UHGV virus genome: UHGV-0038492
DNA from: a virus
Strand: one strand, 5' to 3'
DNA length: 64,000 bases
The notes under the pieces are model-generated. The model saw only the letters and a program-made list of their open reading frames with translations. It was not told the origin of the DNA and ran no database searches. The position numbers and the translations under genes are program-made. Positions 10,221 to 18,901 of the stretch are shown here, one piece after another (position 1 is the first letter of the stretch; each line of letters begins with the position of its first letter).

Positions 10221-10255
10221 CCTCTACCTTCGGGTAGAGGTTTTCTTCTTTTTAT
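10221..10255 (+). terminator. intrinsic terminator (UUCG tetraloop)
   Basis: CCTCTACC-TTCG-GGTAGAGG followed by T-rich tract. Confidence 0.75.
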
Positions 10256-10302
10256 TTTACAATTTTTGATCATACTGTGAGACTTGAACAAGGAGACTTA
10301 TC

Positions 10303-10956
10303 ATGGAACCACTACGTTTAATGACCAGAACGCTACTGATTCCTATCTGGGAATTGAAGCTTGCCCCATTGTCTGCCTCTAATGGGGAGGTCATTGATTT
10401 TATTAAAGACGAAGAATTTGTGTTGACGGCTTTCCAGGAGACGCTGCATCGTTATTATAATGCAGTGCCTTTATCTGGCGGATTAGATTGCCCTGGTGTA
10501 GAAGGGAGTACGTCTGCGTTAATCGCAGAGTATTTAGAACAGAAAGGAATCGGGGTTGGGAAAGGCCGGGTTTATGTGGACGCCGATAAACTGAGGAGTT
10601 ACCAGATTGAGCTGACGTTTCAGATAAGAAAATTACTTACCCGCTACGGTCTTTTCTCGATTAACTGTAAGGTTGATGACGTACGGATGTTAGACCACGG
10701 TTTTACCACTGTCCTCAAAACCTGTCGCGGTAAAAGATTCGTACAGTTTGCGTGGTGGGTACCAGTATTGCGTGGTGAGAGAAAAACGGTGGAGGGGTTG
10801 TACGGCTGGGCGCTATGGAGCGAAGTTCCAGTAAATAAACTCGATGCAGTTATTCCAAAGCACCGAAACGTTCCGCTTAGCAGTTTATTTACTTCCGGCG
10901 AGAACACTACGTGGGCTGAATTCGTTAATAACGTTATGTCAATTGGGGAACAATAA
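10303..10956 (+). CDS. hypothetical protein
   Basis: 217-aa ORF, AAGGAG RBS. Confidence 0.65.
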   Translation: MEPLRLMTRTLLIPIWELKLAPLSASNGEVIDFIKDEEFVLTAFQETLHRYYNAVPLSGGLDCPGVEGSTSALIAEYLEQKGIGVGKGRVYVDADKLRSYQIELTFQIRKLLTRYGLFSINCKVDDVRMLDHGFTTVLKTCRGKRFVQFAWWVPVLRGERKTVEGLYGWALWSEVPVNKLDAVIPKHRNVPLSSLFTSGENTTWAEFVNNVMSIGEQ

Positions 10957-11432
10957 TGCAGCAATTAGATATTACCGAAGACAAAATCTCCGCTAAATTT
11001 CCACAATTACGTGAATACATCAAAGACTTAAATTCGATACGCGAAACACCGGTCCGCATTACCTTAGCGGTAGAAGATGACATTACACACGGTATTGCGA
11101 TTTGGGAACCGGGCAATCTTATCTATTTGGTGGTGGCGGAAGGTTCTCGACGTTTCGGTGTGGGTTCGTTCTTATTGCAGTACGTTCAGTTGAATTCCGA
11201 TCGTCAAATGGTGACGTGTCGTGTCCACCCTTCGAACATTGACGGCCTGTGTTTCTTTTCGAAAAAAGGCTACCAGATTGACCGTTGGTATATCGCCAGC
11301 GACTCTCGTCGGTATTTTCGTATGACGAACGGTAACGTTGTTTCGTCATACGCCCCGCCGGAAGAAGGATATTTGGTGGATTTTATCGAAAACACGCCCA
11401 TCTTTCTCTCTGTTGCGGATAAAATTTATTAA
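10956..11432 (+). CDS. hypothetical protein, possible GNAT-like fold
   Basis: 158-aa ORF; segment GIAIWEPGNLIYLVVAEGSRRFGVGSFLL loosely resembles a GNAT acetyl-CoA binding core. Confidence 0.45.
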   Translation: MQQLDITEDKISAKFPQLREYIKDLNSIRETPVRITLAVEDDITHGIAIWEPGNLIYLVVAEGSRRFGVGSFLLQYVQLNSDRQMVTCRVHPSNIDGLCFFSKKGYQIDRWYIASDSRRYFRMTNGNVVSSYAPPEEGYLVDFIENTPIFLSVADKIY

Positions 11433-11448
11433 CCGTTGAGAGTCTAAA

Positions 11449-11925
11449 ATGATACGTGTCGAATATGAGACGCGGTGCTTAGAAGACAATCGAGCAAAAG
11501 CATTACGTTGTGTTGAAATCGTCCCCGAGCACGAACTGGATATCCAAGCTGGTAAGGTTCGGGGCGTTCCGGTTAAGATCGTACAACATAGCCATTGTTC
11601 GCAATATAAAGAGAAAGCTGTCCCAGTAGTACGTTCCAGTAAACGAGAAGACTTTTCAGAACTCCGTAAGTGTTTTCAACGACACTACCGTCGGAGTAAA
11701 TGGAAAGTGTTGGTATTAATGTTAGTCGACGATTTCATTAAAGACCTGGTTTGGGAAGAAGTGCTTAAAGAGCGTGGTTTTCAACCCAAACCGTTCTCGT
11801 ATCACTGGGAACGTTTCAAAAAGAAATACCACGAGTCATTGCGTTGGTCTCCGAACACCCGGAATATGATGCCACGTTTGGAATCAATGCCTTGGCTTCG
11901 TGTTTATCTCGATGAGGTAAACTGA
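11449..11925 (+). CDS. hypothetical protein
   Basis: 158-aa ORF with ATG start. Confidence 0.6.
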   Translation: MIRVEYETRCLEDNRAKALRCVEIVPEHELDIQAGKVRGVPVKIVQHSHCSQYKEKAVPVVRSSKREDFSELRKCFQRHYRRSKWKVLVLMLVDDFIKDLVWEEVLKERGFQPKPFSYHWERFKKKYHESLRWSPNTRNMMPRLESMPWLRVYLDEVN

Positions 11926-12314
11926 TGAAACGTTTTATTACTCCATTTCTAATGTTACTTTCGTTTTCTGTATTAGCTGATTTTAAACCTTACGATATCA
12001 GTCGTTACGAACCCGCTGTCCCTGGCGATAAACCGGTTGTGTTTAAAGCAGACGACCAACCCGTCACTGCGGTTCAAAACGATGAGTTTGCAGTGGTGAA
12101 TTACGGCAAAACGGACTTATGTCCTGCGGGTGGATTTTATCTGGTGAACATCAAACGTCGGACTTACCAGTTTGTTGATCCGGGTAGCTGCTCTGCAATG
12201 GTTAAGGTGACGTTAGAAACCGTACCTTACACGAATAAAAACATTAATATACAACGTTTAACCTTTTATGCGGGTGATGAAATCACAGCACGTTATCCGT
12301 TATACGGGTATTAG
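11925..12314 (+). CDS. secreted protein with N-terminal signal peptide
   Basis: MKRFITPFLMLLSFSVLADF has the n/h/c organisation of a Sec signal peptide; ATG overlaps upstream stop. Confidence 0.6.
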   Translation: MKRFITPFLMLLSFSVLADFKPYDISRYEPAVPGDKPVVFKADDQPVTAVQNDEFAVVNYGKTDLCPAGGFYLVNIKRRTYQFVDPGSCSAMVKVTLETVPYTNKNINIQRLTFYAGDEITARYPLYGY

Positions 12315-12337
12315 TGATTAGCCCCCACGGAGTTCGT

Positions 12338-12976
12338 ATGTCTTTTGTAATTGATTTCGACGTTGGCCACAGACAGAACTTACTTAATCTCGTTAGTTAT
12401 TGTAACAGTGACAGTGTACGGAAAAAGCTTTCGGCTGAAAAGGTAGACGTTACGCTCGTCGGTGCCCCAACACCGGAAGGACGCTATAAGGTAAAGTTAA
12501 CGAACCGTAACGACATAAACGATGCGGTACTGATTACCTACACAAAGCTTCAACTGAACGACTTCCTTGAGATTCCTGCCAAGTATCTGGATTGGTTTGA
12601 TTTCGAAAACGGTCAACCTAAGAACTACGATACGTGGGCAGCTTCCGCTAAAGTCGCTGTAGAGAAAATGTGCCAAGACCGAGGTATGGTGATATCTCGC
12701 GCTTGGGACACCGGTTCACAGTGTCACATTGAGTTTGACGAGTCTATCGAACGGTATGTGGTTGTCTACGAGTGCGACTCTTTTATTTATAGTGCGAGAA
12801 ACCGATTCATCTTACCTCTACACTTAGGGCAGGTGATCAACGACACGACATTAGACGGTCTTGATTACAATAACGAACTGAACAAGAAACCATTGGCGGA
12901 TTTGGACGGTGAGTTAGAAGTGTGGATGGGTCAGGCGTTGGTTGAGACAGTCGTCTTAAGCGGCCTGGAAGTATAA
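12338..12976 (+). CDS. hypothetical protein
   Basis: GGAG RBS 6 nt upstream of ATG at 12338 (track start 12314 is a GTG without RBS); terminator downstream. Confidence 0.65.
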   Translation: MSFVIDFDVGHRQNLLNLVSYCNSDSVRKKLSAEKVDVTLVGAPTPEGRYKVKLTNRNDINDAVLITYTKLQLNDFLEIPAKYLDWFDFENGQPKNYDTWAASAKVAVEKMCQDRGMVISRAWDTGSQCHIEFDESIERYVVVYECDSFIYSARNRFILPLHLGQVINDTTLDGLDYNNELNKKPLADLDGELEVWMGQALVETVVLSGLEV

Positions 12977-12986
12977 TAGTAACGGC

Positions 12987-13030
12987 GGGTAGAGAGAGCT
13001 TTCGGGCTCTCTCTACTTTTCTTTTTTTTC
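12987..13030 (+). terminator. intrinsic terminator
   Basis: GGGTAGAGAGAGC...GCTCTCTCTAC hairpin then T9. Confidence 0.75.
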
Positions 13031-13059
13031 CATTATCGACGGTCTTTATGGAGGTGACC

Positions 13060-13614
13060 ATGAAAGACTATAGAATTGCAATCATCGGGTCTCGAGAAAC
13101 ACCGGAAGACGTTATGCAGGAAATGTTAGACACGTTACGGGAAGGGTTTCGAATCTTACGAAAGAAAGGCTACACGATTACCACCCGTTCTGGCGGGTGT
13201 TATAAAGGCCCAGACCAGCTTCAGTTTATGATAGCACGTACCGAGGACGTTAAGAGCGTTTGTTATCTGCCGGATGAAAAGAAAATGTGGTTAGGGAAAA
13301 TACACCCTAAGGTAGAGTTTCGTTATATCCCACAAGACGTTCAGTACCGAGCGATAGTTGCTTCACTTCACCCAAATCCAGATAAGCTCTCACCGATTGC
13401 CTGGGCGCTACACGGCCGTAATCTGAATATCATCGCAGGTGACTGCTTAGACGAACCGGTAGACGCAGTCTATTACTTTAGCGACCACGACAAACACGGA
13501 AACGCAAAAGGTGGTACTGCGATGGGTGTAAAATACGCGAAGTCAATCGACGTTCCTTGTTACTACCATACCGTCGATCGGGATAAGTGGTTGGAAAGTC
13601 TTCGTTTATTATGA
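13060..13614 (+). CDS. SLOG/DprA-like Rossmann-fold protein (tentative)
   Basis: GGAGG RBS 5 nt upstream of ATG at 13060; IAIIGSR followed by RSGGCYKG resembles the glycine-rich strand-loop of DprA/LOG-type Rossmann domains. Confidence 0.45.
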   Translation: MKDYRIAIIGSRETPEDVMQEMLDTLREGFRILRKKGYTITTRSGGCYKGPDQLQFMIARTEDVKSVCYLPDEKKMWLGKIHPKVEFRYIPQDVQYRAIVASLHPNPDKLSPIAWALHGRNLNIIAGDCLDEPVDAVYYFSDHDKHGNAKGGTAMGVKYAKSIDVPCYYHTVDRDKWLESLRLL

Positions 13615-13737
13615 ACTTGACTTTAACCGCGTAGTTGAGTTCAGCGATTCACCGTGCGATGGGAACAGAAGTTACTGTGTATCCGTTAGCAGGGTGAACT
13701 GGGTAAAAGTAAGATCAAAGCAAACGAGTAAATTATC

Positions 13738-14871
13738 ATGTCAACGTTAGATAGCGACTTAGAAGTGCTTTGTGACGATTACGACCGACTCGTAGCGTTA
13801 GAATCCATTGGAGTAAAAGACAATTATCCGGCTATCGTTGCTATCCGTAAACGTTGGCTTTTGGATGATGTGGTTGTTGCGTCAGAGTCTGCGGCCATGA
13901 TGCACCGTGCACAGTTTTTGTCAGACACGGAACCTGATAAAGGGATAGGCAAAGCGGCGGCACGACTCACCGGACGTGCGGTTCGTGGCGTAAGTCGGGT
14001 AGCAGGACGTGCTGCCAGTGCAGGTGCAAAAGCATCGGCGAACTTCGCAGGTAAACATTCCAAACAACTTGCTTTACGTTTTGTGGATTTTGCTGAGGCT
14101 GCGGGTAAAGAAGTCATTAAGGAATTAAAAGAAGCGACGTCTAAAGCGACGACCTTAGAGCGCAAACTGCAAAAGTTAAATGCACGTCTAAATTTAATCG
14201 GTGACAAAGACACCTTAAAACCGGTTGACTGCGACACGGGAAGCTGGACGACCAAAGTTTGTTTAGAAGACAAACCTAACGTAAAAGCGTGTATTGAGTT
14301 CAGTAAGAACCTGAACGCAATGGATGCGATGGTCAACGAGTATACCGTTAAAACGCGCACCATTATCGGTAAGAGCAAGAAAGTTACTGAGAGTGGCTTG
14401 GAGAAAGTAGGTCGCTCAACGAACTGGGCGATTAAACGTAGTGCAGGGCTGTTCGGTATTATCGATCCGTTTAAAACGGTGAAAGCGTATCCGTGGCCAG
14501 GTAACGTGGTGGTCGTTGAACACGACAACGGTAAGATTGAGTGGGCGATTGCCCGTGATGGTGATTTTGGCCACTCAATCAAATCTCTGAACTTACACGA
14601 AATCGGTTCGGCTCTCGAAGCCGTTGAAAAAATTATCCGAGCTTTACGTCAGCGTGGTACGAAGCGACGTAGCGTTGGTTATACCGGTATTTACGATGAA
14701 GTTCAGCGAATGAAAAAAGAGCTGAAGTCGTTAGACGGTCGTGAGTTACGCGATGCTACCGTTCGGTATAAGAACGCACTGCGTTTAGAAGATGCGTTTA
14801 CTACCTCGTTAGTGCGTGTTGCGGAAGGCTTACTGGAATGGTGCAGGTTGTCGCTGATTGAGGTTAAATAA
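13738..14871 (+). CDS. hypothetical protein
   Basis: 377-aa ORF; Ala/Arg-rich low-complexity segment near residue 80. Confidence 0.7.
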   Translation: MSTLDSDLEVLCDDYDRLVALESIGVKDNYPAIVAIRKRWLLDDVVVASESAAMMHRAQFLSDTEPDKGIGKAAARLTGRAVRGVSRVAGRAASAGAKASANFAGKHSKQLALRFVDFAEAAGKEVIKELKEATSKATTLERKLQKLNARLNLIGDKDTLKPVDCDTGSWTTKVCLEDKPNVKACIEFSKNLNAMDAMVNEYTVKTRTIIGKSKKVTESGLEKVGRSTNWAIKRSAGLFGIIDPFKTVKAYPWPGNVVVVEHDNGKIEWAIARDGDFGHSIKSLNLHEIGSALEAVEKIIRALRQRGTKRRSVGYTGIYDEVQRMKKELKSLDGRELRDATVRYKNALRLEDAFTTSLVRVAEGLLEWCRLSLIEVK

Positions 14872-15338
14872 TGCGTATTACTATTATTCTCAAACCCGAC
14901 AGTAAATACGGAAAGTTATACGGCGACCAGGTACTCAAACTGCACAACATGTTGTTCGCAGAAGAGAAAGTGCGTATTAGTCAGTTAACTGGACGTGACA
15001 CGTTCAACCCCATCGAACGTTTAGAAGAGATTTGGCCTCAAGACTATCTCTGTGCGTGTGCGGTGGGTGACAACGAACAGCTTCTGGGATTTATGACGTT
15101 CTCATTGGGTTCTTGCTCAAAAGACACGTTTGTTTACATCGGGAATTACTATGTGATTCCTGAAGCACGTTCTCAAGGGGTAGGGCGTGCGCTTATGGAC
15201 AAAGTCCGTGAATACGGAAAGTCCAAAGGTTGTGGTTGGATGAGTCTGGATGTGTTAGACAACAACGTTAAAGCTATCTCCTTGTATGAGAAAATGGGAT
15301 TCCGTACCGAATGCAGGGAAATGATAAAGGAAATCTAA
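14871..15338 (+). CDS. GNAT-family N-acetyltransferase
   Basis: YVIPEARSQGVGRALMDKVREYGKSKG matches the GNAT motif A (Q/RxxGxG/A acetyl-CoA loop); ATG overlaps upstream stop. Confidence 0.65.
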   Translation: MRITIILKPDSKYGKLYGDQVLKLHNMLFAEEKVRISQLTGRDTFNPIERLEEIWPQDYLCACAVGDNEQLLGFMTFSLGSCSKDTFVYIGNYYVIPEARSQGVGRALMDKVREYGKSKGCGWMSLDVLDNNVKAISLYEKMGFRTECREMIKEI

Positions 15339-15339
15339 A

Positions 15340-15972
15340 ATGGCTGCAAGATTCGTACCGTTTCATGACGGGTCTAGATATACTTTTGGTGTAGAGCGTT
15401 ACGCTGTGGGTTTTCGTCCTGGTTGGAGAGTGGTACGAATCGATAAAGCGTGTTGGTGTTTACCGACCGGCATTTTTGATTACTTTACGCCTGAAGCTTT
15501 AACGCGGTTTGTTTCTCTGGGTTCTCCCACGCAACGTGCTGCGTGGGAAAAGAATATTCGTTGCCGTTATTTGGGTAAAACACGAAACGCGACGGTACGT
15601 GGTGTTTATCACGTAGGGAGTCGTTGGTTACACGTTGAGCCAACACATCCCCGTTGTGCCGTCACACCCTTTAACGGTGAATATCGCGGTCAGGTGTACA
15701 CGGGGTTACATTTTGCGTTCCCGGATAACCCTGACCTTAATTATTTTCTGGCTACCCCGAAAGACGTTACATTAGCCACGTTCTATAAATACCTTTTGTT
15801 CTATCCTGCCTACGTCGTTGCAGAATACGAACACAAAGCATTTCCTCTGCCTTACGGTAGAGACAGGAGATTAGCAGGATGTTCTATCGAGAACTTCAGC
15901 AATACACCGACGCTCTCCGAAAAGCGACCATTGATGCTCACAACAACCTCAGAGATGTCGTTAGCGTTATAG
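15340..15972 (+). CDS. hypothetical protein
   Basis: 210-aa ORF; 3' end overlaps next ORF by 94 nt in another frame. Confidence 0.6.
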   Translation: MAARFVPFHDGSRYTFGVERYAVGFRPGWRVVRIDKACWCLPTGIFDYFTPEALTRFVSLGSPTQRAAWEKNIRCRYLGKTRNATVRGVYHVGSRWLHVEPTHPRCAVTPFNGEYRGQVYTGLHFAFPDNPDLNYFLATPKDVTLATFYKYLLFYPAYVVAEYEHKAFPLPYGRDRRLAGCSIENFSNTPTLSEKRPLMLTTTSEMSLAL

Positions 15973-16250
15973 AACAGTGTTCGGATGTATTGTATGCGGA
16001 AACGATTGAAACGCCAACCCACGACGGTGTGAAATCGCTCCAGCTACACGTTTGTAGTAAACACGGCAGTCTGTCGTTAAACTTCCGTGTAGGTTTAGAT
16101 TATTACATGGTTCGTAAGAGCTATTTAAGTTGTGACGGTGACCTTTATCCGGTTGTCTGGAACAACGATTATTCTAAGTTTGTTTATCCACTTGAAGAAC
16201 ACCGACGCACGGTTTATGAATTTGTGAAAGCTGTTCTCGAGGGGTTCTAA
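15879..16250 (+). CDS. hypothetical protein
   Basis: 123-aa ORF with GGAG-type RBS; overlaps upstream ORF by 94 nt. Confidence 0.5.
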   Translation: MFYRELQQYTDALRKATIDAHNNLRDVVSVIEQCSDVLYAETIETPTHDGVKSLQLHVCSKHGSLSLNFRVGLDYYMVRKSYLSCDGDLYPVVWNNDYSKFVYPLEEHRRTVYEFVKAVLEGF

Positions 16251-16263
16251 AGAGGGTATTGTG

Positions 16264-16869
16264 ATGTCAGAGATGATTCTCGACTCATTACTGCTGATTA
16301 CGGTGGCGTATATCAACAAAACCGGTAAGCTACCAAAGCGTGGGGTGACGATTGAACGGGAGGGGTTTAAGCACCGCTACCCGTTAACGAAAGTTCTCGA
16401 TTTGGCAGCGCGGTTAGCGAAGATGCGTAGACCGACGTCAGACGCAGCACCGAAGTACGTCTTAGTGGTACTCCAACGTGCGATTTCTGAAGTCCGTCGT
16501 GCGCGTCGTCGTGCCTCGTTTCGCTTTTATCCAAACTCTACGCAGCAGGTTGTGGGGGTCTATAACGAAATGGTTGTTGATTTACGTACCGAACACTGTA
16601 ACGTTACAGGACTTGCGTATAACCGCCTCAAACGCATTCTGGACGACTCAGACGCGTTTACCACACCGCAAGAAGGTCAAGCGGCTTTAGCGCTTCTACG
16701 AGGCGCTGAGCTCGTTATTGTGGACACCGCAGTACAGGCCGCAAGAATGCAGCACTATCTTGCTAAGCAAGGATTAGTTTTACTGTGTGTTCCGTCTGCA
16801 CAGGCTGCTAATCTTACCGCACCGGAAACGTCAGAAGTGTGGAGTGGTCCGATTGTTGACCATCAATAA
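16264..16869 (+). CDS. hypothetical protein
   Basis: GAGGG RBS before ATG at 16264; terminator downstream. Confidence 0.65.
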   Translation: MSEMILDSLLLITVAYINKTGKLPKRGVTIEREGFKHRYPLTKVLDLAARLAKMRRPTSDAAPKYVLVVLQRAISEVRRARRRASFRFYPNSTQQVVGVYNEMVVDLRTEHCNVTGLAYNRLKRILDDSDAFTTPQEGQAALALLRGAELVIVDTAVQAARMQHYLAKQGLVLLCVPSAQAANLTAPETSEVWSGPIVDHQ

Positions 16870-16874
16870 AACCT

Positions 16875-16911
16875 TACCCCTACCTATCGGTAGGGGCGGG
16901 TTTCTTTTTTT
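16875..16911 (+). terminator. intrinsic terminator
   Basis: CCCCTACC-TATC-GGTAGGGG then T-run. Confidence 0.75.
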
Positions 16912-17008
16912 ATCCTAAAATTTATTACAACCAATAGCTATTATGTGAACGCCGGTATGGAATAAAGAAGTATCGGTTTAAATTTTTGTGCGTAAAGGTA
17001 AAACGATA

Positions 17009-17632
17009 ATGCTTAAGACAGTGTCTATTGATGGCCCTGACTTTTCTGGGAAATCGACGTTGTGCAAAATAGTAAAAGGTATGCTGGAATCTGCGGGGTT
17101 AAAGGTCTGCATCCGTAATCACCCTACGACGGAGACCGAAGCGGGTATCCGCGCACGCAGTTTAGTCGTTCAGTCCGCAGCAAAAGCAAAAATTGCCGAA
17201 GCGATGTGCGACGATTTCCTTCACACGTTAGACCATGTTGTTGACGATTACGATGTTGTTATTTTCGACAGGTTCTGTCCCTCTACAATCGTTTACCAGG
17301 GTGTCGACGGTAAAGACGAAGTTTTCCGACGTAAGCTAACGCGTCATTTCCACGCACCAGATTTGTACGTTTGGACGGACGTGGATTACGACGGCGCAGT
17401 AGCACGCTTTAAGAAACGGGTAGAAGAACAAGGTAAGAATTGGGACGACGAGGTTCTTACCGTTAAGTATTTAAAAGACAACCAAAGTTGGGAAGCGTTA
17501 CGTGACCACTACCGCTTTGCCCACCACATCCTCACTGAAGGCGGTTGTCTGCACCATTTATTACCCGTGAAGCAAGACGACGATTACCGTTTGAAAGCGG
17601 CTGAAATCGTTGCTTGTATTTTAGAGAATTAA
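17009..17632 (+). CDS. P-loop nucleoside-monophosphate kinase (thymidylate-kinase-like)
   Basis: N-terminal IDGPDFSGKSTL matches the xDGxDGxGKST P-loop of thymidylate/dNMP kinases; start moved to ATG 17009. Confidence 0.6.
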   Translation: MLKTVSIDGPDFSGKSTLCKIVKGMLESAGLKVCIRNHPTTETEAGIRARSLVVQSAAKAKIAEAMCDDFLHTLDHVVDDYDVVIFDRFCPSTIVYQGVDGKDEVFRRKLTRHFHAPDLYVWTDVDYDGAVARFKKRVEEQGKNWDDEVLTVKYLKDNQSWEALRDHYRFAHHILTEGGCLHHLLPVKQDDDYRLKAAEIVACILEN

Positions 17633-17640
17633 TCACATAC

Positions 17641-17674
17641 CCCTACCTTCGGGTAGGGGATTATTTAATTTTTT
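17641..17674 (+). terminator. intrinsic terminator (UUCG tetraloop)
   Basis: CCCTACC-TTCG-GGTAGGG then T-rich tract; immediately upstream of promoter-like motif. Confidence 0.65.
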
Positions 17675-17715
17675 CTCAGATATATATTACCTTAGTGAGA
17701 TTACACAGTAATCTC
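17671..17715 (+). promoter_or_regulatory. promoter-like motif TTTTCTCAGATATATATTACCTTAG followed by hairpin (copy 1)
   Basis: Near-identical 20-nt AT-rich element recurs at 39209 and 43638; hairpin GAGATTA-CACAG-TAATCTC follows; sits just after a terminator and ~55 nt before the HTH gene. Confidence 0.55.
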
Positions 17716-17750
17716 TTTACGACTTGTTCTACAGATTAGGATTAAATATC

Positions 17751-18110
17751 ATGGCTTACAATCACAACTCTATTGTTTTAGCAAAACGTAAATTCGGTCT
17801 TCATCTTTCTTACGTGATTCGTCATTTGACAGCGAAAGACATTACACAGCGTGAACTTGCCCAGCTTGCGAAAGTTTCACAGCCGGTTATTTCATCTATT
17901 AAGAACGATCATAGCGAACGCCTGAGTCTACCAATAATGATGAAGGTTGCTGATGCAATTCGTCTGAAATATCAGATTACGTTTAATTCTGTTAAAGGGC
18001 GTTGCTCAGTAACGGTTCACGTAGAGTCTGCGTTGGACTACGTTGCAAATACGTCCCTTAAACGTACAGCGAAAAATATTCGTTTTGTTACTAACAGCGC
18101 AACACACTAA
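17751..18110 (+). CDS. helix-turn-helix DNA-binding protein (XRE/Cro-like)
   Basis: ITQRELAQLAKVSQPVISSIKN is a typical HTH; gene lies about 55 nt downstream of a promoter-like motif; ATG at 17751. Confidence 0.55.
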   Translation: MAYNHNSIVLAKRKFGLHLSYVIRHLTAKDITQRELAQLAKVSQPVISSIKNDHSERLSLPIMMKVADAIRLKYQITFNSVKGRCSVTVHVESALDYVANTSLKRTAKNIRFVTNSATH

Positions 18111-18131
18111 TCAACCTAAAGGAGTATTATC

Positions 18132-18815
18132 ATGGCACCGAAAACTAAGAAAACTGAAGTTAAAGAAACTGTAGAAAAGCCGACTGATACTAAGGAAGCG
18201 GAAGTTAAGCAGACTGGGCCTAGCAAGAAGCTTGCGCTTATGCCACCCACCACAGAAATACACGGGGATAAAATCTTAAGTTACACTCCGCGCGCGAGTT
18301 TAACGATGGATATTTACCATTACCCGGTATTCGACCTGTACACGCTTGTCTGTCGACTCGACGATGAGATACTGGCAGTCGTTCCAGGTATCCACAAAGA
18401 AAAACTGCTTACGGGTTCAGTCATTAGCGAGATTTTCCTGCGCTTGATGTTTAAATCAGACGATAAGATGATCAGCCAGATTGCTAGTAAATTGACTGAC
18501 TTCTTTGTTGAGGCTTCAACGTGGTTAGGCTTTCACCCAACGGCTTATTTCATTTTCGACACCAAAATGTTGTATGCTGAAATGGGCGATAGCGTTAAGT
18601 ATCCTATCTTGCTTAATGAAGAAGTCGTTCCGTTTTCCCTTACCAGTCCTAACAAACATCTTCGCTTTCATCCTGCGTTAGAAAACCTGATTGAATACAA
18701 TCGGTTGGAAAAATATTACGCTTATCATCGCATGTTCTTTGAACTTCTGCGTGATAAATTAAGAGGCAAAGTTCCAGATTCTAGTGCAGCATTCACTAGT
18801 TCTAAGCTTTGGTAG
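18132..18815 (+). CDS. hypothetical protein with basic Lys/Glu-rich N-terminus
   Basis: AAAGGAG RBS; 227-aa ORF; terminator downstream. Confidence 0.65.
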   Translation: MAPKTKKTEVKETVEKPTDTKEAEVKQTGPSKKLALMPPTTEIHGDKILSYTPRASLTMDIYHYPVFDLYTLVCRLDDEILAVVPGIHKEKLLTGSVISEIFLRLMFKSDDKMISQIASKLTDFFVEASTWLGFHPTAYFIFDTKMLYAEMGDSVKYPILLNEEVVPFSLTSPNKHLRFHPALENLIEYNRLEKYYAYHRMFFELLRDKLRGKVPDSSAAFTSSKLW

Positions 18816-18828
18816 TTTGTAACAAACA

Positions 18829-18856
18829 GGGAGCTTCGGCTCCCTTTTTCTTTTTA
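18829..18856 (+). terminator. intrinsic terminator (UUCG tetraloop)
   Basis: GGGAGC-TTCG-GCTCCC then T-run. Confidence 0.7.
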
Positions 18857-18901
18857 CAACTTTTTCTTTTGTTGTGAGGAAAGCCGATAAGGAGTATTAA
18901 A

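Noticed and set aside
13615-13737. tRNA gene in the longer intergenic gaps (also 37866-38023 and 47159-47325)
   Set aside because: No cloverleaf-compatible sequence or GTTCGAATC-type T-loop found; these gaps look like promoter/leader regions.
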